A stretch of DNA of 55,717 nucleotides. It comes from Candidatus Micrarchaeota archaeon. Its GTDB lineage: Archaea > Micrarchaeota > Micrarchaeia > Burarchaeales > Fermentimicrarchaeaceae. Each line of letters starts with the position of its first letter. The stretch's first letter is position 1. Below the pieces are notes generated by a model. The model had not been told where the DNA came from and did not search any database. It saw only the letters and a list, made by a program, of their open reading frames with translations. This document shows, piece by piece, positions 35,727 to 46,012 of the stretch. The DNA is taken from positions 1 to 55,717 of the forward strand of contig JAPLWV010000026.1 in NCBI GenBank assembly GCA_026396385.1. Reading direction: 5' to 3'. The position numbers were made by a program, and so were the translations under genes.

Positions 35727-36629
35727 TCACGGAAAAGCGCTGCAGAAGCTCCAGAAGTTCTGGCCAAGAGTTCCCAAGTAGTAGCCTCCCTCAAGGACCG
35801 CAAATGCCCTCGCTCCGAGCTTCTCGGCCTCTTCCTGTATAATGCCGCCAATCCTGTTGTATGTTGCGCTGTCCTCTATATCAATTGCATTTCCACAGGA
35901 GTAATCCCTGTAGAACGTGTCAAACCCAACACTGACTCCTATGAGTTCTGGCTTGAATGCATTCACATCTTTTCTGAATTTCTCTTCAAAAATTTTCAGG
36001 TATCCGGCATCCTTGGTCCCTGGCTGGATCACTACATTGTGGATATGCTCATTGTTCTCCCTCTCAAAGCCGGAGTTCCAGGGGAAACAGGTGTTCGGGT
36101 CCTGGTGGAAGGAGAGGTAGAAAACCCTCCTGTCATCGTAGAATATATCCTGGGTTCCATTGCCGTGGTGCTGGTCTATGTCGACAATCATTGCCTTTTT
36201 TACTTCAGATTTAAGCATGGATGCAGTGGCAAAGGCAATGTTGTTAAGATAGCAGAAGCCCCCAAATGCATTCCTGCTGGCGTGATGCCCCGGCGGTCTG
36301 ATGAGAGCGAAGGAGAATTCTTTCTTGGAGTTCTCTGCAGCCTTCAGAGCTCCGCCTGCCGCAAGCTTGGCAATTTTGAATGTGTTCATTGAGAATGGAT
36401 TGTCCCCTGCCCCCTGCTGCGTATCTGAGAGGAATTTCAGCCTTTCTATGTATTCCTCGTCATGAACTATGTAAAGCTCTCTTTCCGAGATTTCTTTGGG
36501 TTTGTCAAATGAGACGGCTAGGTTGTTTTCTTTCAGATATCTTATAATCGCAATAAGCCTCTGGGGGTTTTCCGGGTGACCCGGACCAGTCTCATGCTCC
36601 AGAAACCTTTCCGAATAGACAATTTTCAT
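35727..36629 (-). CDS. Histone deacetylase family protein
   Basis: HPENPQRL, RPPGHHA, GFCYLNN, DIDQHHGNGTQ, LEGGY; start ATG 36629. Confidence 0.93.
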   Translation of the reverse strand: MKIVYSERFLEHETGPGHPENPQRLIAIIRYLKENNLAVSFDKPKEISERELYIVHDEEYIERLKFLSDTQQGAGDNPFSMNTFKIAKLAAGGALKAAENSKKEFSFALIRPPGHHASRNAFGGFCYLNNIAFATASMLKSEVKKAMIVDIDQHHGNGTQDIFYDDRRVFYLSFHQDPNTCFPWNSGFERENNEHIHNVVIQPGTKDAGYLKIFEEKFRKDVNAFKPELIGVSVGFDTFYRDYSCGNAIDIEDSATYNRIGGIIQEEAEKLGARAFAVLEGGYYLGTLGQNFWSFCSAFP

Positions 36630-36637
36630 AGAACCAA

Positions 36638-36724
36638 CGCCAGGGGTGAGATTTGAACTCACACTACCCGTGAGGGTAACCAGATCTCAAGTCTGGCGCA
36701 TTGACCAGATTCTGCCACCCTGGC
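36638..36724 (-). tRNA. tRNA-Ser(UGA)
   Basis: GCCAGGG/CCCTGGC acceptor stem, CCAGA-CTTGAGA-TCTGG anticodon arm, long variable arm, TTCAAAT T-loop. Confidence 0.95.
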
Positions 36725-36784
36725 ACGAGATATACTCTGTCCTCTCAGGTTTAAAAAGCATTATTAATTTCTGCAGAACGAGAA

Positions 36785-37099
36785 TCACTCCAAGCTTATC
36801 TCAATGTGAACCGTATCAGGCACGCGCACGCGCATGATCTGCCTCAGAATCCGCTCGTCACCAACAACATCAATCACGCGCTTCCTTATCCGCATCTCCC
36901 AATGCTCGTAGGTGTCCGAGCCGTCTCCACAGGGAGTCCTTCTCGTAGTTATTCTCAGTCTTTTCGTAGGAAGAGGAATCGGGCCACGCATCTCAACGCC
37001 AGCTGCCTTTGTGATATCCCTTATCTGGTTGCAGACATCGTCGAGCTCCTTGGGGTCCTTGCCTATGAGTTTTATCCTTGCGCGCGTCATGTGTGGCAC
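36785..37099 (-). CDS. rps10: 30S ribosomal protein S10
   Basis: GPIPLPTK, TRRTPCGDG, WEMRI. Confidence 0.96.
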   Translation of the reverse strand: MPHMTRARIKLIGKDPKELDDVCNQIRDITKAAGVEMRGPIPLPTKRLRITTRRTPCGDGSDTYEHWEMRIRKRVIDVVGDERILRQIMRVRVPDTVHIEISLE

Positions 37100-37156
37100 C
37101 TTTATTCGCTCTCATTAGGTCATAATGAGAAACAGAAAAGGAAAAAAGAAAAGAAA

Positions 37157-38425
37157 TCAAGCGACTTTCACTACCTCCAGAACAACTCCGGCAGCAACGG
37201 TCTGCCCCATGTCTCGTATGGCAAACCTTCCCAGCTGCGGGAACTCATTGAACTTCTCAACAACGAGAGGTCTCAGTGGTTTCACCTTCACTATTGCCAC
37301 ATCACCCGTCTTGATGAAGTCCGGGTTCTTCTGCACCGTCTGGCCTGTCTTCGGATCCTTCTTCTCAAGTATCTCAGTGATTGTGCAGGCCATCTGCGAA
37401 GTGTGGATGTGGAAGACTGGCGTGTACCCCTTTAGTATTGCTGTTGGATGCTCAAGCACAACAATGTTTGCCGTGAACTCCTGAGCAACTGTAGGCGGAT
37501 TGCTTGCCGGTCCAGCTACCTCCCCTCTCCTCAAATCCTTCTTGTCAACTCCCTTGACGTTAAATCCTACATTGTCACCAGGCACTGCTTTCTCAAGAGG
37601 CTGGTGGTGCATCTCAATGCTCTTCACCTCCCCTTTGGCTCCTGATGGCATGAACACGATAAGGTCACCTGGCTTCATGACGCCCGTCTCAACTCTCCCT
37701 ACTGGCACAGTGCCGTGCCCTGTTATCGTGAACACGTCCTGCACTGGAAGCCTGAGCGGCTTGTCCAGTGGCTTTGCCGGAACTGTGAATTTGTCGAATG
37801 ACTCAACAAGAGTAGGGCCTTTGTACCAGTCCATCTTGGTCGGCTTCTTTCCAACGTTCTCTCCCTCGTAAGCAGAGTACGGGATGAACTGGAGTGACTC
37901 CGTCTTGTAACCAATATTCTTCAGCAGAGTTGTGGCCTGATTCTTCAAATCCTCAAATTTAACTCTCTCATAGCCAACGCTGTCCATCTTATTTATTCCA
38001 ATCACCATCTGCTGTATTCCCAGCACCTTTGCCAGGAAGGCATGCTCCTTGGTCTGCTGCTGTATGCCTTCCTTACAGGAAATTACAAGAACTGCAGCAT
38101 CTGCCTGCGATGCGCCTGTAATCATATTCTTGACAAAGTCCCTGTGGCCTGGCGCGTCAATTATTGTGAAGTAGTACTTGGGAGTCTGGAATTCTTTGTG
38201 GGCAACATCTATGGTGACTCCTCTCTCCCTCTCCTCCTTGAGCTGATCCATGGCAAAGGCGAACTCGAAGGTTGGCTTGCCTACCTTACCAGCCTCCTCC
38301 TTCAGTTTCCTCAATTCCTGTTCGCTCAATGCACCGGTATCATACAGGATTCTTCCAATTGAAGTGGATTTTCCGTGGTCAATATGCCCAATGAAGACCA
38401 AGTTTAGGTGTTCTTTTTCGGCCAT
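37157..38425 (-). CDS. tuf: Elongation factor 1-alpha
   Basis: [37 protein letters not shown]. Confidence 0.98.
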   Translation of the reverse strand: MAEKEHLNLVFIGHIDHGKSTSIGRILYDTGALSEQELRKLKEEAGKVGKPTFEFAFAMDQLKEERERGVTIDVAHKEFQTPKYYFTIIDAPGHRDFVKNMITGASQADAAVLVISCKEGIQQQTKEHAFLAKVLGIQQMVIGINKMDSVGYERVKFEDLKNQATTLLKNIGYKTESLQFIPYSAYEGENVGKKPTKMDWYKGPTLVESFDKFTVPAKPLDKPLRLPVQDVFTITGHGTVPVGRVETGVMKPGDLIVFMPSGAKGEVKSIEMHHQPLEKAVPGDNVGFNVKGVDKKDLRRGEVAGPASNPPTVAQEFTANIVVLEHPTAILKGYTPVFHIHTSQMACTITEILEKKDPKTGQTVQKNPDFIKTGDVAIVKVKPLRPLVVEKFNEFPQLGRFAIRDMGQTVAAGVVLEVVKVA

Positions 38426-38527
38426 AGATATACCTCCAATATTTTATGACATCTGTAAATATCCATCTAATGCTTTAGAAGCCATATACTTCTGTACCTG
38501 ATTATTTTTAACCCTTTCGGAGAAAAC

Positions 38528-39409
38528 TCACCTTTTTGAGAACTCTGCGGAGATGGCGCCTCCAACTGCACCCAGCAGAGCGAATAATACTATTGTTGCT
38601 ATTAGTTTAGGGAGTATGAATATGCTTGAAAGCGATAGGTCAGTGAAGGCAAACTTTACGAGCAGGTCTGCTATACCAATATCAAGCCAGGAGTTGAGAG
38701 TAGTCTCGGCCTGGTGCGCGAGCCCCTCAAAAAGCACTGTGTAGATTATATTAAAGGTCGTTGCTATGAGCGCTGCAAAAACTCCGCTTATTGCGCCGAC
38801 TTCCAGCGCATTCCTTCTGTTTATATAGCCGTTTCCACACCTGTCAACCCTGAGCCTGAGGAGATAAGCGGAAACTGCACCTCCAATCGCGGGCCATATC
38901 AGCAGGAAATTTATGAAAGGAAGACCCATCAGGAACCCCCCGACTATCCCGCCTACTATAGTTGAACTTACCGTCTCGGAAGGCTTTACCGATAGCTCGA
39001 CCCTTGAAACAGGTATGCGCCTAGCTTCAAACCTTGCAGGTATTCTTTCTTCCGTTCTTGCGATAGGCATCCCCCTTTCCTCGTATCTTTTCTGCTGCAC
39101 TTCTACTATGTCAGTTGGAGTTGGAACTTCAAACTCCGCAGGAATCTTTGCCGAGCACAGCCTGCAGTAGAGCTTGTCGTCCTTCTCTATCGCACAGTCT
39201 GCGCAAATAAGCTTCTTGCATGACGAGCACATCCCGATTGCTTCGGAACGAGGATGGTTGTAGCACCTGTCAACAATTTTTGAGCGCGACAGGCAGTCCC
39301 TGCAGTATACCTTTCCATCTTCCTCAACTGCACATTTCGAGCATACTCCCTTGTTGCACGAGGAGCATATGCCAACTGCCTCTGACTTTGGATGTTTGAA
39401 GCATCTCAT
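38528..39409 (-). CDS. Double B-box zinc-finger membrane protein
   Basis: Two CxxHP..A..CxxC...CxxC......YCxxC units plus C-terminal TM helices. Confidence 0.8.
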   Translation of the reverse strand: MRCFKHPKSEAVGICSSCNKGVCSKCAVEEDGKVYCRDCLSRSKIVDRCYNHPRSEAIGMCSSCKKLICADCAIEKDDKLYCRLCSAKIPAEFEVPTPTDIVEVQQKRYEERGMPIARTEERIPARFEARRIPVSRVELSVKPSETVSSTIVGGIVGGFLMGLPFINFLLIWPAIGGAVSAYLLRLRVDRCGNGYINRRNALEVGAISGVFAALIATTFNIIYTVLFEGLAHQAETTLNSWLDIGIADLLVKFAFTDLSLSSIFILPKLIATIVLFALLGAVGGAISAEFSKR

Positions 39410-39496
39410 ATTATCATGTATATTCTTGAAGTCCCTTATTTAAATTTATGGGCGAGTTAGTGATTTAAAGCTACACAGCTAGATATTTAGGAGCGT

Positions 39497-39571
39497 GGGC
39501 CCGTAGCTCAGCTTGGATAGAGCGACAGCCTCCTAAGCTGAAGGTCGCGGGTTCAAATCCCGCCGGGCCCG
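39497..39571 (+). tRNA. tRNA-Arg(CCU)
   Basis: Cloverleaf with anticodon loop CTCCTAA. Confidence 0.95.
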
Positions 39572-39578
39572 CACTTTC

Positions 39579-39944
39579 GTGATTGTAATGAGCTCTTCAA
39601 TTGGTCTGAAAAAGGGCAAGCTGACAGCCGAGCTTAAGGATGCGGATAGAAGGGTAAAGCTCGCCAGGAAAGGAGATTATCTCGCCCTGCTGAAATTCAT
39701 TGGCAACGAGGCTGTTTCTGATTTCGATAAATACTCTGCAATACTCGAGCTGGTGAAAATCACGAACAGCAGGCAGGTCGGCCTTCGTGCGTTGGAACAC
39801 CTCGTATTATACATAAACTCAAAATACTCTGGGAAAGAAAGAAGCGAGAGGATGCACGCAATGCTGAAAGAAGTTGCCTCCCAGAAGCTCAACAGCCCGA
39901 TGATAAAGAAGGCAGCGCTTGCAGAGCTGGAGAGGATTGAATGA
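39579..39944 (+). CDS. Hypothetical helical protein
   Basis: ORF fits the gap; its stop overlaps the next start (ATGA). Confidence 0.65.
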   Translation: MIVMSSSIGLKKGKLTAELKDADRRVKLARKGDYLALLKFIGNEAVSDFDKYSAILELVKITNSRQVGLRALEHLVLYINSKYSGKERSERMHAMLKEVASQKLNSPMIKKAALAELERIE

Positions 39945-41161
39945 GTTCAATTTTTGGAATCTCGGATGGGGAAGGCAGCAACATGCTTAGAGTAAATGGA
40001 GAGGAACTACAACTACCCCCAAACTCTGACGAAGGATTTCTCTCCTTCAATGGCTGGTTCTATAAATCTCCTGCTGATGAGGAAGAGTTGATTCAACTTA
40101 TTGAAAAGAAAGGCATTGGGGAATCTGTGAGAATGCTTGAAGGGGATTATGCATTATGTTACTACAAGAAAGGAAGCTTCAAACTTGCAAGAGACCCTGT
40201 GGGGGCCAGGGCGCTTTTCTATGGAGAAAATAATGAAGTTTTTGCTTTCTCCTCCTCCAGGGAACTGCTCCAGAAGCTTGGCGTTGGTGTAATCTCCCTA
40301 AAACCCGGCAGCATGTTGAGCTATGAGGAAGGGAGGATTAAACTCGTTCAATGCAATTCGTTGCCACAGCCTGCATTCAGCTCCGAATTCACCGGCTCGG
40401 TTAAGAGGAAACTGGAGGAAGCTCTCATCCACTCAGTTGAGAAAAGGATGCTCGGTATTGGGAAAATCGGGATAATGTTCTCAGGCGGAATAGACAGCAC
40501 GCTCATAGCGCATGTTGCCAAGAAGTTCAATTCAGAGCTGTTCCTCTACTCGGTTGGAACTGAGGAGTCAGAAGACATGAAGTACATTTCAAAGTTCTCA
40601 GAAGAGCTTGGGCTCGAGGCAAAGCAGATAATTTTAGAGGAGGATGAACTTTTGAGCTATTACGGAAAAGTCCAGGGTCTGCTCTATGACAAGGGCTTCA
40701 TGAAGGTTGAGCTTGCAATTCCCATCTTCATCTGCTCGGAGCATGCAAGAAGGGATGGAGTGAGGGTTATGCTGACGGGCTCCGGTGCCGAGGAGCTTTT
40801 CGCAGGCTATGACAGGCATCTGCAGTGCTTCCTTTCCGGAGGCGACTTGAGGAGAATGCTCCGTGATGAGCTGAGAGCGCTACACTCAAAAGATTTGGAG
40901 AACGGCGAGTATGCTGCATCCCTCAATCAGTGTGAACTGAGGTATCCTTTCCTAGATTTAGGTGTGATAGAAGCTGCCACTCTGGTAAAGCCCGAGTTGA
41001 ATCTAAGCAGGAGAGGGGAGAAGAAACGCGTGCTTAAAGCGGTTTCGAGGGAAATGGGCCTGCTAGAGGATGCTGTTGAGAGACCCAAGAAAGCCATGCA
41101 GTACGGCTCTGGAATGCACAAGCTGCTCATTCGTGCAAGGAGAAAGAACCTAATCAAATGA
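39941..41161 (+). CDS. Asparagine synthase-related protein
   Basis: ARDPVGARAL, FSGGIDS, LTGSGAEELFAGY, LRYPFLD, RPKKAMQYGSG. Confidence 0.88.
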   Translation: MSSIFGISDGEGSNMLRVNGEELQLPPNSDEGFLSFNGWFYKSPADEEELIQLIEKKGIGESVRMLEGDYALCYYKKGSFKLARDPVGARALFYGENNEVFAFSSSRELLQKLGVGVISLKPGSMLSYEEGRIKLVQCNSLPQPAFSSEFTGSVKRKLEEALIHSVEKRMLGIGKIGIMFSGGIDSTLIAHVAKKFNSELFLYSVGTEESEDMKYISKFSEELGLEAKQIILEEDELLSYYGKVQGLLYDKGFMKVELAIPIFICSEHARRDGVRVMLTGSGAEELFAGYDRHLQCFLSGGDLRRMLRDELRALHSKDLENGEYAASLNQCELRYPFLDLGVIEAATLVKPELNLSRRGEKKRVLKAVSREMGLLEDAVERPKKAMQYGSGMHKLLIRARRKNLIK

Positions 41162-41197
41162 TTAATTTTAATAACCGTTCATAACAAATAGGATAGC

Positions 41198-41809
41198 ATG
41201 AAGGAAGAAGACAAGCCGCTTGTCTCAAGAAGGGTTGCGGCAGTTTTGAGCATACTTATCATAGCAGCACTGGTGCTCTCATTCTACTACTTATCTTGGG
41301 GCATGAAAGCAGGCACAAGCATGGCAGGCATAAACCCAAACAACCAAGCCCCGCAGCCAAACCTGACAGAGGACAGGTGGCAACTCAGCCCGCTTGTGGG
41401 TAAGTATAACATAGACAAGATAAATCAGACTCCAATTCTGATGATAAACTGTAGGTATATGCTGATTGGCTCCTTCGTCCCGACATATTCAGCTGATGTG
41501 GAGAGGAATAATATAGGCAACGCATTGTGTGCTGCAACCCATAACACCATATTCTGCAGCCAATTCTGGGGCTCTCCTAAAGGTTTTTATACCATAAACT
41601 CTAGCGAATGCAATTCTGGAGGCAAGGTGCTCATCTACGCTTTCCACAGCCCCTCCTGCGGCTTCTCATCAGCGCAGAGAGAAGTCCTGAATGCTTTAGA
41701 AGAGGAGTTCCCGAACCAGGTTGAACTCCAGTATATATGCACTCCTATACATTCGGGGGATATAGCGGCATGCTCAAGAGACTTTCTGTTAAAAAGATAT
41801 AACGCATGA
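41198..41809 (+). CDS. Membrane-anchored thioredoxin-like protein (apparently permuted)
   Basis: N-terminal TM; TPILMINC motif precedes IYAFHSPSCGFS. Confidence 0.6.
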   Translation: MKEEDKPLVSRRVAAVLSILIIAALVLSFYYLSWGMKAGTSMAGINPNNQAPQPNLTEDRWQLSPLVGKYNIDKINQTPILMINCRYMLIGSFVPTYSADVERNNIGNALCAATHNTIFCSQFWGSPKGFYTINSSECNSGGKVLIYAFHSPSCGFSSAQREVLNALEEEFPNQVELQYICTPIHSGDIAACSRDFLLKRYNA

Positions 41810-41818
41810 GGTGTTTCT

Positions 41819-42799
41819 ATGAAGAAAAAAAAGGCTACTAAATTCCCTTATACCGCCGTTCTTTTAGTCCTGGCAATAATTGTAATTGCCGCCCTCTCAT
41901 ACATAATTGTGAGCAGACCTCCAGCAGGGCCGCAGTATAACGTCATTAATCTCACCATTCTCACCCCCACTCCGAAACATAATATTTCTGAAGTGAAAAG
42001 GTTCATGGCAAGGGTTATGGACAGCTACAGCGACCTTCCCTATGCGGACCCCACCACCCTTTATTTCAGAGATGAAAAAGGTCTTTGGGAGGAAGTAGTT
42101 TTGATGAACAAGAGCGGCAGTGCTAAGAATGTCATGATACGAGTCTACGACTCAAACCTCACGCTCGAGAACATTTTTGTTGAAGGACCCAAGCCTATTG
42201 TGCTGAGCAATGATGAGGTTGTAACGAAAGGGGTGGTAAAGTTAAGTGGTAAGCTCAACTGCTCCCAGGACAAGATAAGGGCATTCGTATTCTTCGATTT
42301 ATACTGCCCACCCTGTATAGCAGCTGAGAATAAGATTGATGAGCTCAGGCAGAAGTTCAATAGCAGCATGGATTTTGAATATAAAATAATACTAACGCAT
42401 TCCTACGACCTTGCTCCAAAATACGGGCTTGAAAATGTAACAAAGGCTGCGGGCTACCTTCTCTGCTCCAGGGCGCAGGGCAAGCTTGAGGAATTTAAGA
42501 GATGTGCGATAGATGCATACATGAAGCATGAGGAGGTTCCTCTGACTCCTGATGAACTTAGCCAATGCGTTAACTCAACCTCCCTTGACATCACCGCGCT
42601 CGACGAGTGCATGGGCAGCTACTACGTTGACCTAAACAGGGATAGGACACTTGCGGAAACCTACTCGATTGTGGAGACCAAGCAGCTGTATGCTGTGGGC
42701 GCACCTGTGGTCACAGTTGATTGCATGTACAAAGCAGAAGTGGCGTATGCAGAAGCAGCAATATGCTACGCACACCCAGAACTGCCTGAGTGCAGGTAG
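41819..42799 (+). CDS. Membrane-anchored DsbA/thioredoxin-fold protein
   Basis: N-terminal TM; FFDLYCPPC; GAPVVTVDC. Confidence 0.8.
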   Translation: MKKKKATKFPYTAVLLVLAIIVIAALSYIIVSRPPAGPQYNVINLTILTPTPKHNISEVKRFMARVMDSYSDLPYADPTTLYFRDEKGLWEEVVLMNKSGSAKNVMIRVYDSNLTLENIFVEGPKPIVLSNDEVVTKGVVKLSGKLNCSQDKIRAFVFFDLYCPPCIAAENKIDELRQKFNSSMDFEYKIILTHSYDLAPKYGLENVTKAAGYLLCSRAQGKLEEFKRCAIDAYMKHEEVPLTPDELSQCVNSTSLDITALDECMGSYYVDLNRDRTLAETYSIVETKQLYAVGAPVVTVDCMYKAEVAYAEAAICYAHPELPECR

Positions 42800-43384
42800 C
42801 TACATATTCATTTTTTCGAAAACTTCGGTTAAGTCAACTTCAGTGTTCACGCATCCATCCTTCTTCAGCATAACTCCCTGCCCAGGGAAGTGTGAGCCTC
42901 CTCCAAGCTTCTCGATCGCCATCTGAAGCTCGTTGAAGCATGCAACCCCAAGAAATGCTTTTGGCTTGTGCCTCTGTACTATATTGAATACCTGCGAGCC
43001 TCCTCCAACTATGAAATACTTCATTTCGTTCTTCTCGCATTCCTTGACTATATCCCCAAGTACGCACTTGCCGCATTTCAGGCAGTGGTATCCATCCTCA
43101 TCCACCGGCATCTTGCATTCCTTTATGTTTCTCAAGCAGTGCGGCAGGAATACGACTCTATCTTTTTTTGGAACTACCTTGTAGAAATCCTTGTTTATCC
43201 CGTTATAGAGCTCAATGGTTGTGTACCTGCTCCATTTCTCATCCATAACCCCGATATCCTTCATTATCTTGTTGGCTATGTCGCTTACTGAGGTGTGCAG
43301 GCCAACGGTAAGAGTTCTCGCTGCAAAATCCTTTATCTTTCTCTTAATTCCGTCATCCTTCAAAGCAGTTTCTTTTTTAGCCAT
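42800..43384 (-). CDS. DUF116 family protein
   Basis: FLPHCLR, CLKCGKC, VGGGS, GVACFNEL, GC.NT. Confidence 0.88.
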   Translation of the reverse strand: MAKKETALKDDGIKRKIKDFAARTLTVGLHTSVSDIANKIMKDIGVMDEKWSRYTTIELYNGINKDFYKVVPKKDRVVFLPHCLRNIKECKMPVDEDGYHCLKCGKCVLGDIVKECEKNEMKYFIVGGGSQVFNIVQRHKPKAFLGVACFNELQMAIEKLGGGSHFPGQGVMLKKDGCVNTEVDLTEVFEKMNM

Positions 43385-43422
43385 AAGCTCACTATAAATT
43401 TTGTAGCATCTGCTTAAAATAT

Positions 43423-44088
43423 CTAACCTCTGTACCTCATCAAAACGAAAAGATGGTCCTTGTCAAACGGGGAGAGCTCGTATTGCTCAAGAATCTCGAA
43501 ATGCTTTCTTAGTTTCTCAAGCATACTCTCATAAACCTCGCTAGGTTTCTTGGTTACATCCACGCTCTGCGACTTTATTGCAAGCATCGCATAGGCCCCT
43601 TTCCTGAGGAACTGCCTTGCATTGCTTATCATTATGCCCTCCTGGTTTGGCTGGGCGACATCCTCGTATACCACATCCACCTTTCCAACTTCTTTTGCAT
43701 ATTCCTCAGTCTTCCTGGCATCCGCAAGCAGTGGCAGCATGTTGCTCCTTTTCTCGCAAACATAAAGCAGGTCCCTCATGCTTCTTGGGGCGAATTCAAC
43801 ACAGTAAACCACGCCTTTCTTACCTACAATATCTGAAATGAAACTTGGGGTAACGCCAGCAGCAGCACCTAGGTAAAGTACTCTGCAACCCTCCTTGAGT
43901 GGCATCTGCTTCATGCCCTTGATTATTGCAACCGCCAGCTTGCTCCGGTATGGGTCCCAGTAGCGGTACTGAACTCCTCCTATCTCTACCAACCTCTCCC
44001 CATGCACCTTGAAATTCTCCACAAGGTTCCTAGTTGCAAGCCTGCCACTTATGAAGAATATGCCCTCAAACTTTTCCTCAATCTTCAT
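43423..44088 (-). CDS. flpA: Fibrillarin-like rRNA/tRNA 2'-O-methyltransferase
   Basis: WDPYRSKL, VLYLGAAAG, VEFAPR, DVAQPNQ. Confidence 0.95.
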   Translation of the reverse strand: MKIEEKFEGIFFISGRLATRNLVENFKVHGERLVEIGGVQYRYWDPYRSKLAVAIIKGMKQMPLKEGCRVLYLGAAAGVTPSFISDIVGKKGVVYCVEFAPRSMRDLLYVCEKRSNMLPLLADARKTEEYAKEVGKVDVVYEDVAQPNQEGIMISNARQFLRKGAYAMLAIKSQSVDVTKKPSEVYESMLEKLRKHFEILEQYELSPFDKDHLFVLMRYRG

Positions 44089-44114
44089 TCTATCACTTTT
44101 GAGTTCCTCCTCAG

Positions 44115-44204
44115 CGGGCCCGGCGGGATTTGAACCCGCGACTCCCTGGTTTCCTCGTGTGAGTTTAAAAGCCAGGTACTCTGGCCAAGCTGAGTTACGG
44201 GCCC
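44115..44204 (-). tRNA. tRNA-Lys(UUU) with a canonical 15-nt intron (44151-44165)
   Basis: CCTGG-CTTTTA[AACTCACACGAGGAA]A-CCAGG; intact acceptor, D and T arms. Confidence 0.92.
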
Positions 44205-44241
44205 TCAGAAACTCTTAGAATTGTGAAGTTATTGGTATTTA

Positions 44242-45885
44242 TTATTTCCTGAGCTTAGTCTCCTGCTGCTTTATGCTTTCATCGCTCACCTTCTCAAATA
44301 GAGGCTTGGCTGTAGCTATCTTTTTCCCAGGTGCCAGAAGCTCCTTGTCAGCATGCTCCCATGTGATTTTCTCACTGATTTCCAGCATGCTCAGGAGTTT
44401 CTCAGAAGAGAACGGCAGATATGGTGAGAGCAGCACAGCCAGAGCGGTGACCGCGCGGGAGCAGACATAAAGGCAGTTTCCAAGCTTCTGCTTGTCCTTC
44501 TCCCTCCAGGGCTCCCTCTCACTGAGGTATCGGTTGAATTCCGAGGCAAGGGAGTTTATCTCCTCAAGCCCTTCCTTGAAATCAAAGGAGTCTACCCTCT
44601 TCCCAACCGATTCTTTCTTCTCGCTTATCAGCCTGAGCAGCTTCTCCTCATTTCCATCCAAGTTCTCGGGTTTCGGTATTTGCGAGGAACAGGACTTGTT
44701 TATTAGAACAAGGGTTCTATGCACGAAGTTGCCTATGCACGCAATCAACTCATTATTCACCTTATCCTGGAAGTCATTCCAGTAGAAATCCGCATCCTGC
44801 ACGCTATGAGGAGTTATTGTTGTGATGTAATAGCGCAGGTAATCCGGAGGGAATGCCGAGAGGTAGTCCTCCAGGGAAACGAACCAGTGCTTGCTCTTTG
44901 AGAATTTCCTTCCTTCAAGGTTGAGGTATCCTCTTGTGGGAATTGCATCTGGAGGCTTGAAACCCTCCCCAACTTCCATCAGCATAGCAGGCCAGAAGAG
45001 GTAATGGTGGTAGACTATATCTTTTCCTATGAAGTGCACCACTCGGGAATCCTTCTTCCAATAGTCCTCCCAGTTCTTTCCGTTGAGCTTTGCCCATGCG
45101 ACCGTTGAGCTCACATATCCTATGGGAGCATCGAACCATACATAGAGGACTTTGCCCTTCTCTCCAGGTATGGACACGCCCCATTCCATATCCCTGCTGA
45201 TGTCCCAGTCCTTCAGTCCTTCCTTTATCCAGTTCAGCAGGTAGTTGACAACTTCAGACTGCAGCTCCTTGTTTCCCTTCAGCCAAGCCTCAAGTTTTGG
45301 GGAGAGCTGGCTGAGCTTGAGGAAGTAATGCCTGCTCTTCTTTGTTACTGGTTTGGAGCCGCAGGAGGAACATTTGGGCTCGAGAAGCTCCCCTGCGCCA
45401 AGAGCTTTTCCGCAAGCATCACAGTAATCACTGTACTGTCCATCTGTATTGCAGTGTGGGCATCTCCCTATGACAAATCTGTCGGGCAGGAAGCGCTTGC
45501 ACTTCTCGCAGTAAGCCTGCTCAACCTCTTTCTCGTAAATCAAACCTTTTTCATTCAGCTTTAGGAAGAAGTGCTGCGCCATTTCTTTATTTTCCTTTGA
45601 TGAAGTCCTGTGGAATACGTCCATGCTGAAGCCGAGCTTTTCAAATTCGCTCTTGTCCTTCTCGTGGTAGTAGTCAGCGAATTCAGCAGGCGTCTTCTTC
45701 TCCTTCTCGGCAGCAGCTACGATGGGCGTGCCGTGCTCATCGCTTGCGCAGATATAAACTGCGTCATTTCCTGCAAGCCTCTGGTAGCGGGCATAGATGT
45801 CTGCAGGCAGGTATGTGCTCCGGATGTGCCCTAGGTGCAACGGCCCGTTCGCATAGGGCAATGCGGCAGTTATTGTTATTCTTAT
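44242..45885 (-). CDS. metG: Methionyl-tRNA synthetase (apparent ATA start at 45885)
   Basis: ALPYANGPLHLGH, Zn knuckles, YVWFDAPIGY, KFSKS; conserved N-terminal strand RITITAA lies upstream of the TTG at 45861. Confidence 0.95.
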   Translation of the reverse strand: MRITITAALPYANGPLHLGHIRSTYLPADIYARYQRLAGNDAVYICASDEHGTPIVAAAEKEKKTPAEFADYYHEKDKSEFEKLGFSMDVFHRTSSKENKEMAQHFFLKLNEKGLIYEKEVEQAYCEKCKRFLPDRFVIGRCPHCNTDGQYSDYCDACGKALGAGELLEPKCSSCGSKPVTKKSRHYFLKLSQLSPKLEAWLKGNKELQSEVVNYLLNWIKEGLKDWDISRDMEWGVSIPGEKGKVLYVWFDAPIGYVSSTVAWAKLNGKNWEDYWKKDSRVVHFIGKDIVYHHYLFWPAMLMEVGEGFKPPDAIPTRGYLNLEGRKFSKSKHWFVSLEDYLSAFPPDYLRYYITTITPHSVQDADFYWNDFQDKVNNELIACIGNFVHRTLVLINKSCSSQIPKPENLDGNEEKLLRLISEKKESVGKRVDSFDFKEGLEEINSLASEFNRYLSEREPWREKDKQKLGNCLYVCSRAVTALAVLLSPYLPFSSEKLLSMLEISEKITWEHADKELLAPGKKIATAKPLFEKVSDESIKQQETKLRK

Positions 45886-46012
45886 CCAATCACCACTGGA
45901 AAGTTACCCTCTCCTTACCTATTTAAACCCATCCGGATAAGGGATAGGTCAGCAAAAGATATTTATGCACTACGGTATAAAATAGCAATACTCTTTTTAG
46001 GAGGAGAGGTGA

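Noticed and set aside
36630..36662. HDAC start at TTG 36662
   Set aside because: It lies inside tRNA-Ser; ATG 36629 gives a typical N-terminus
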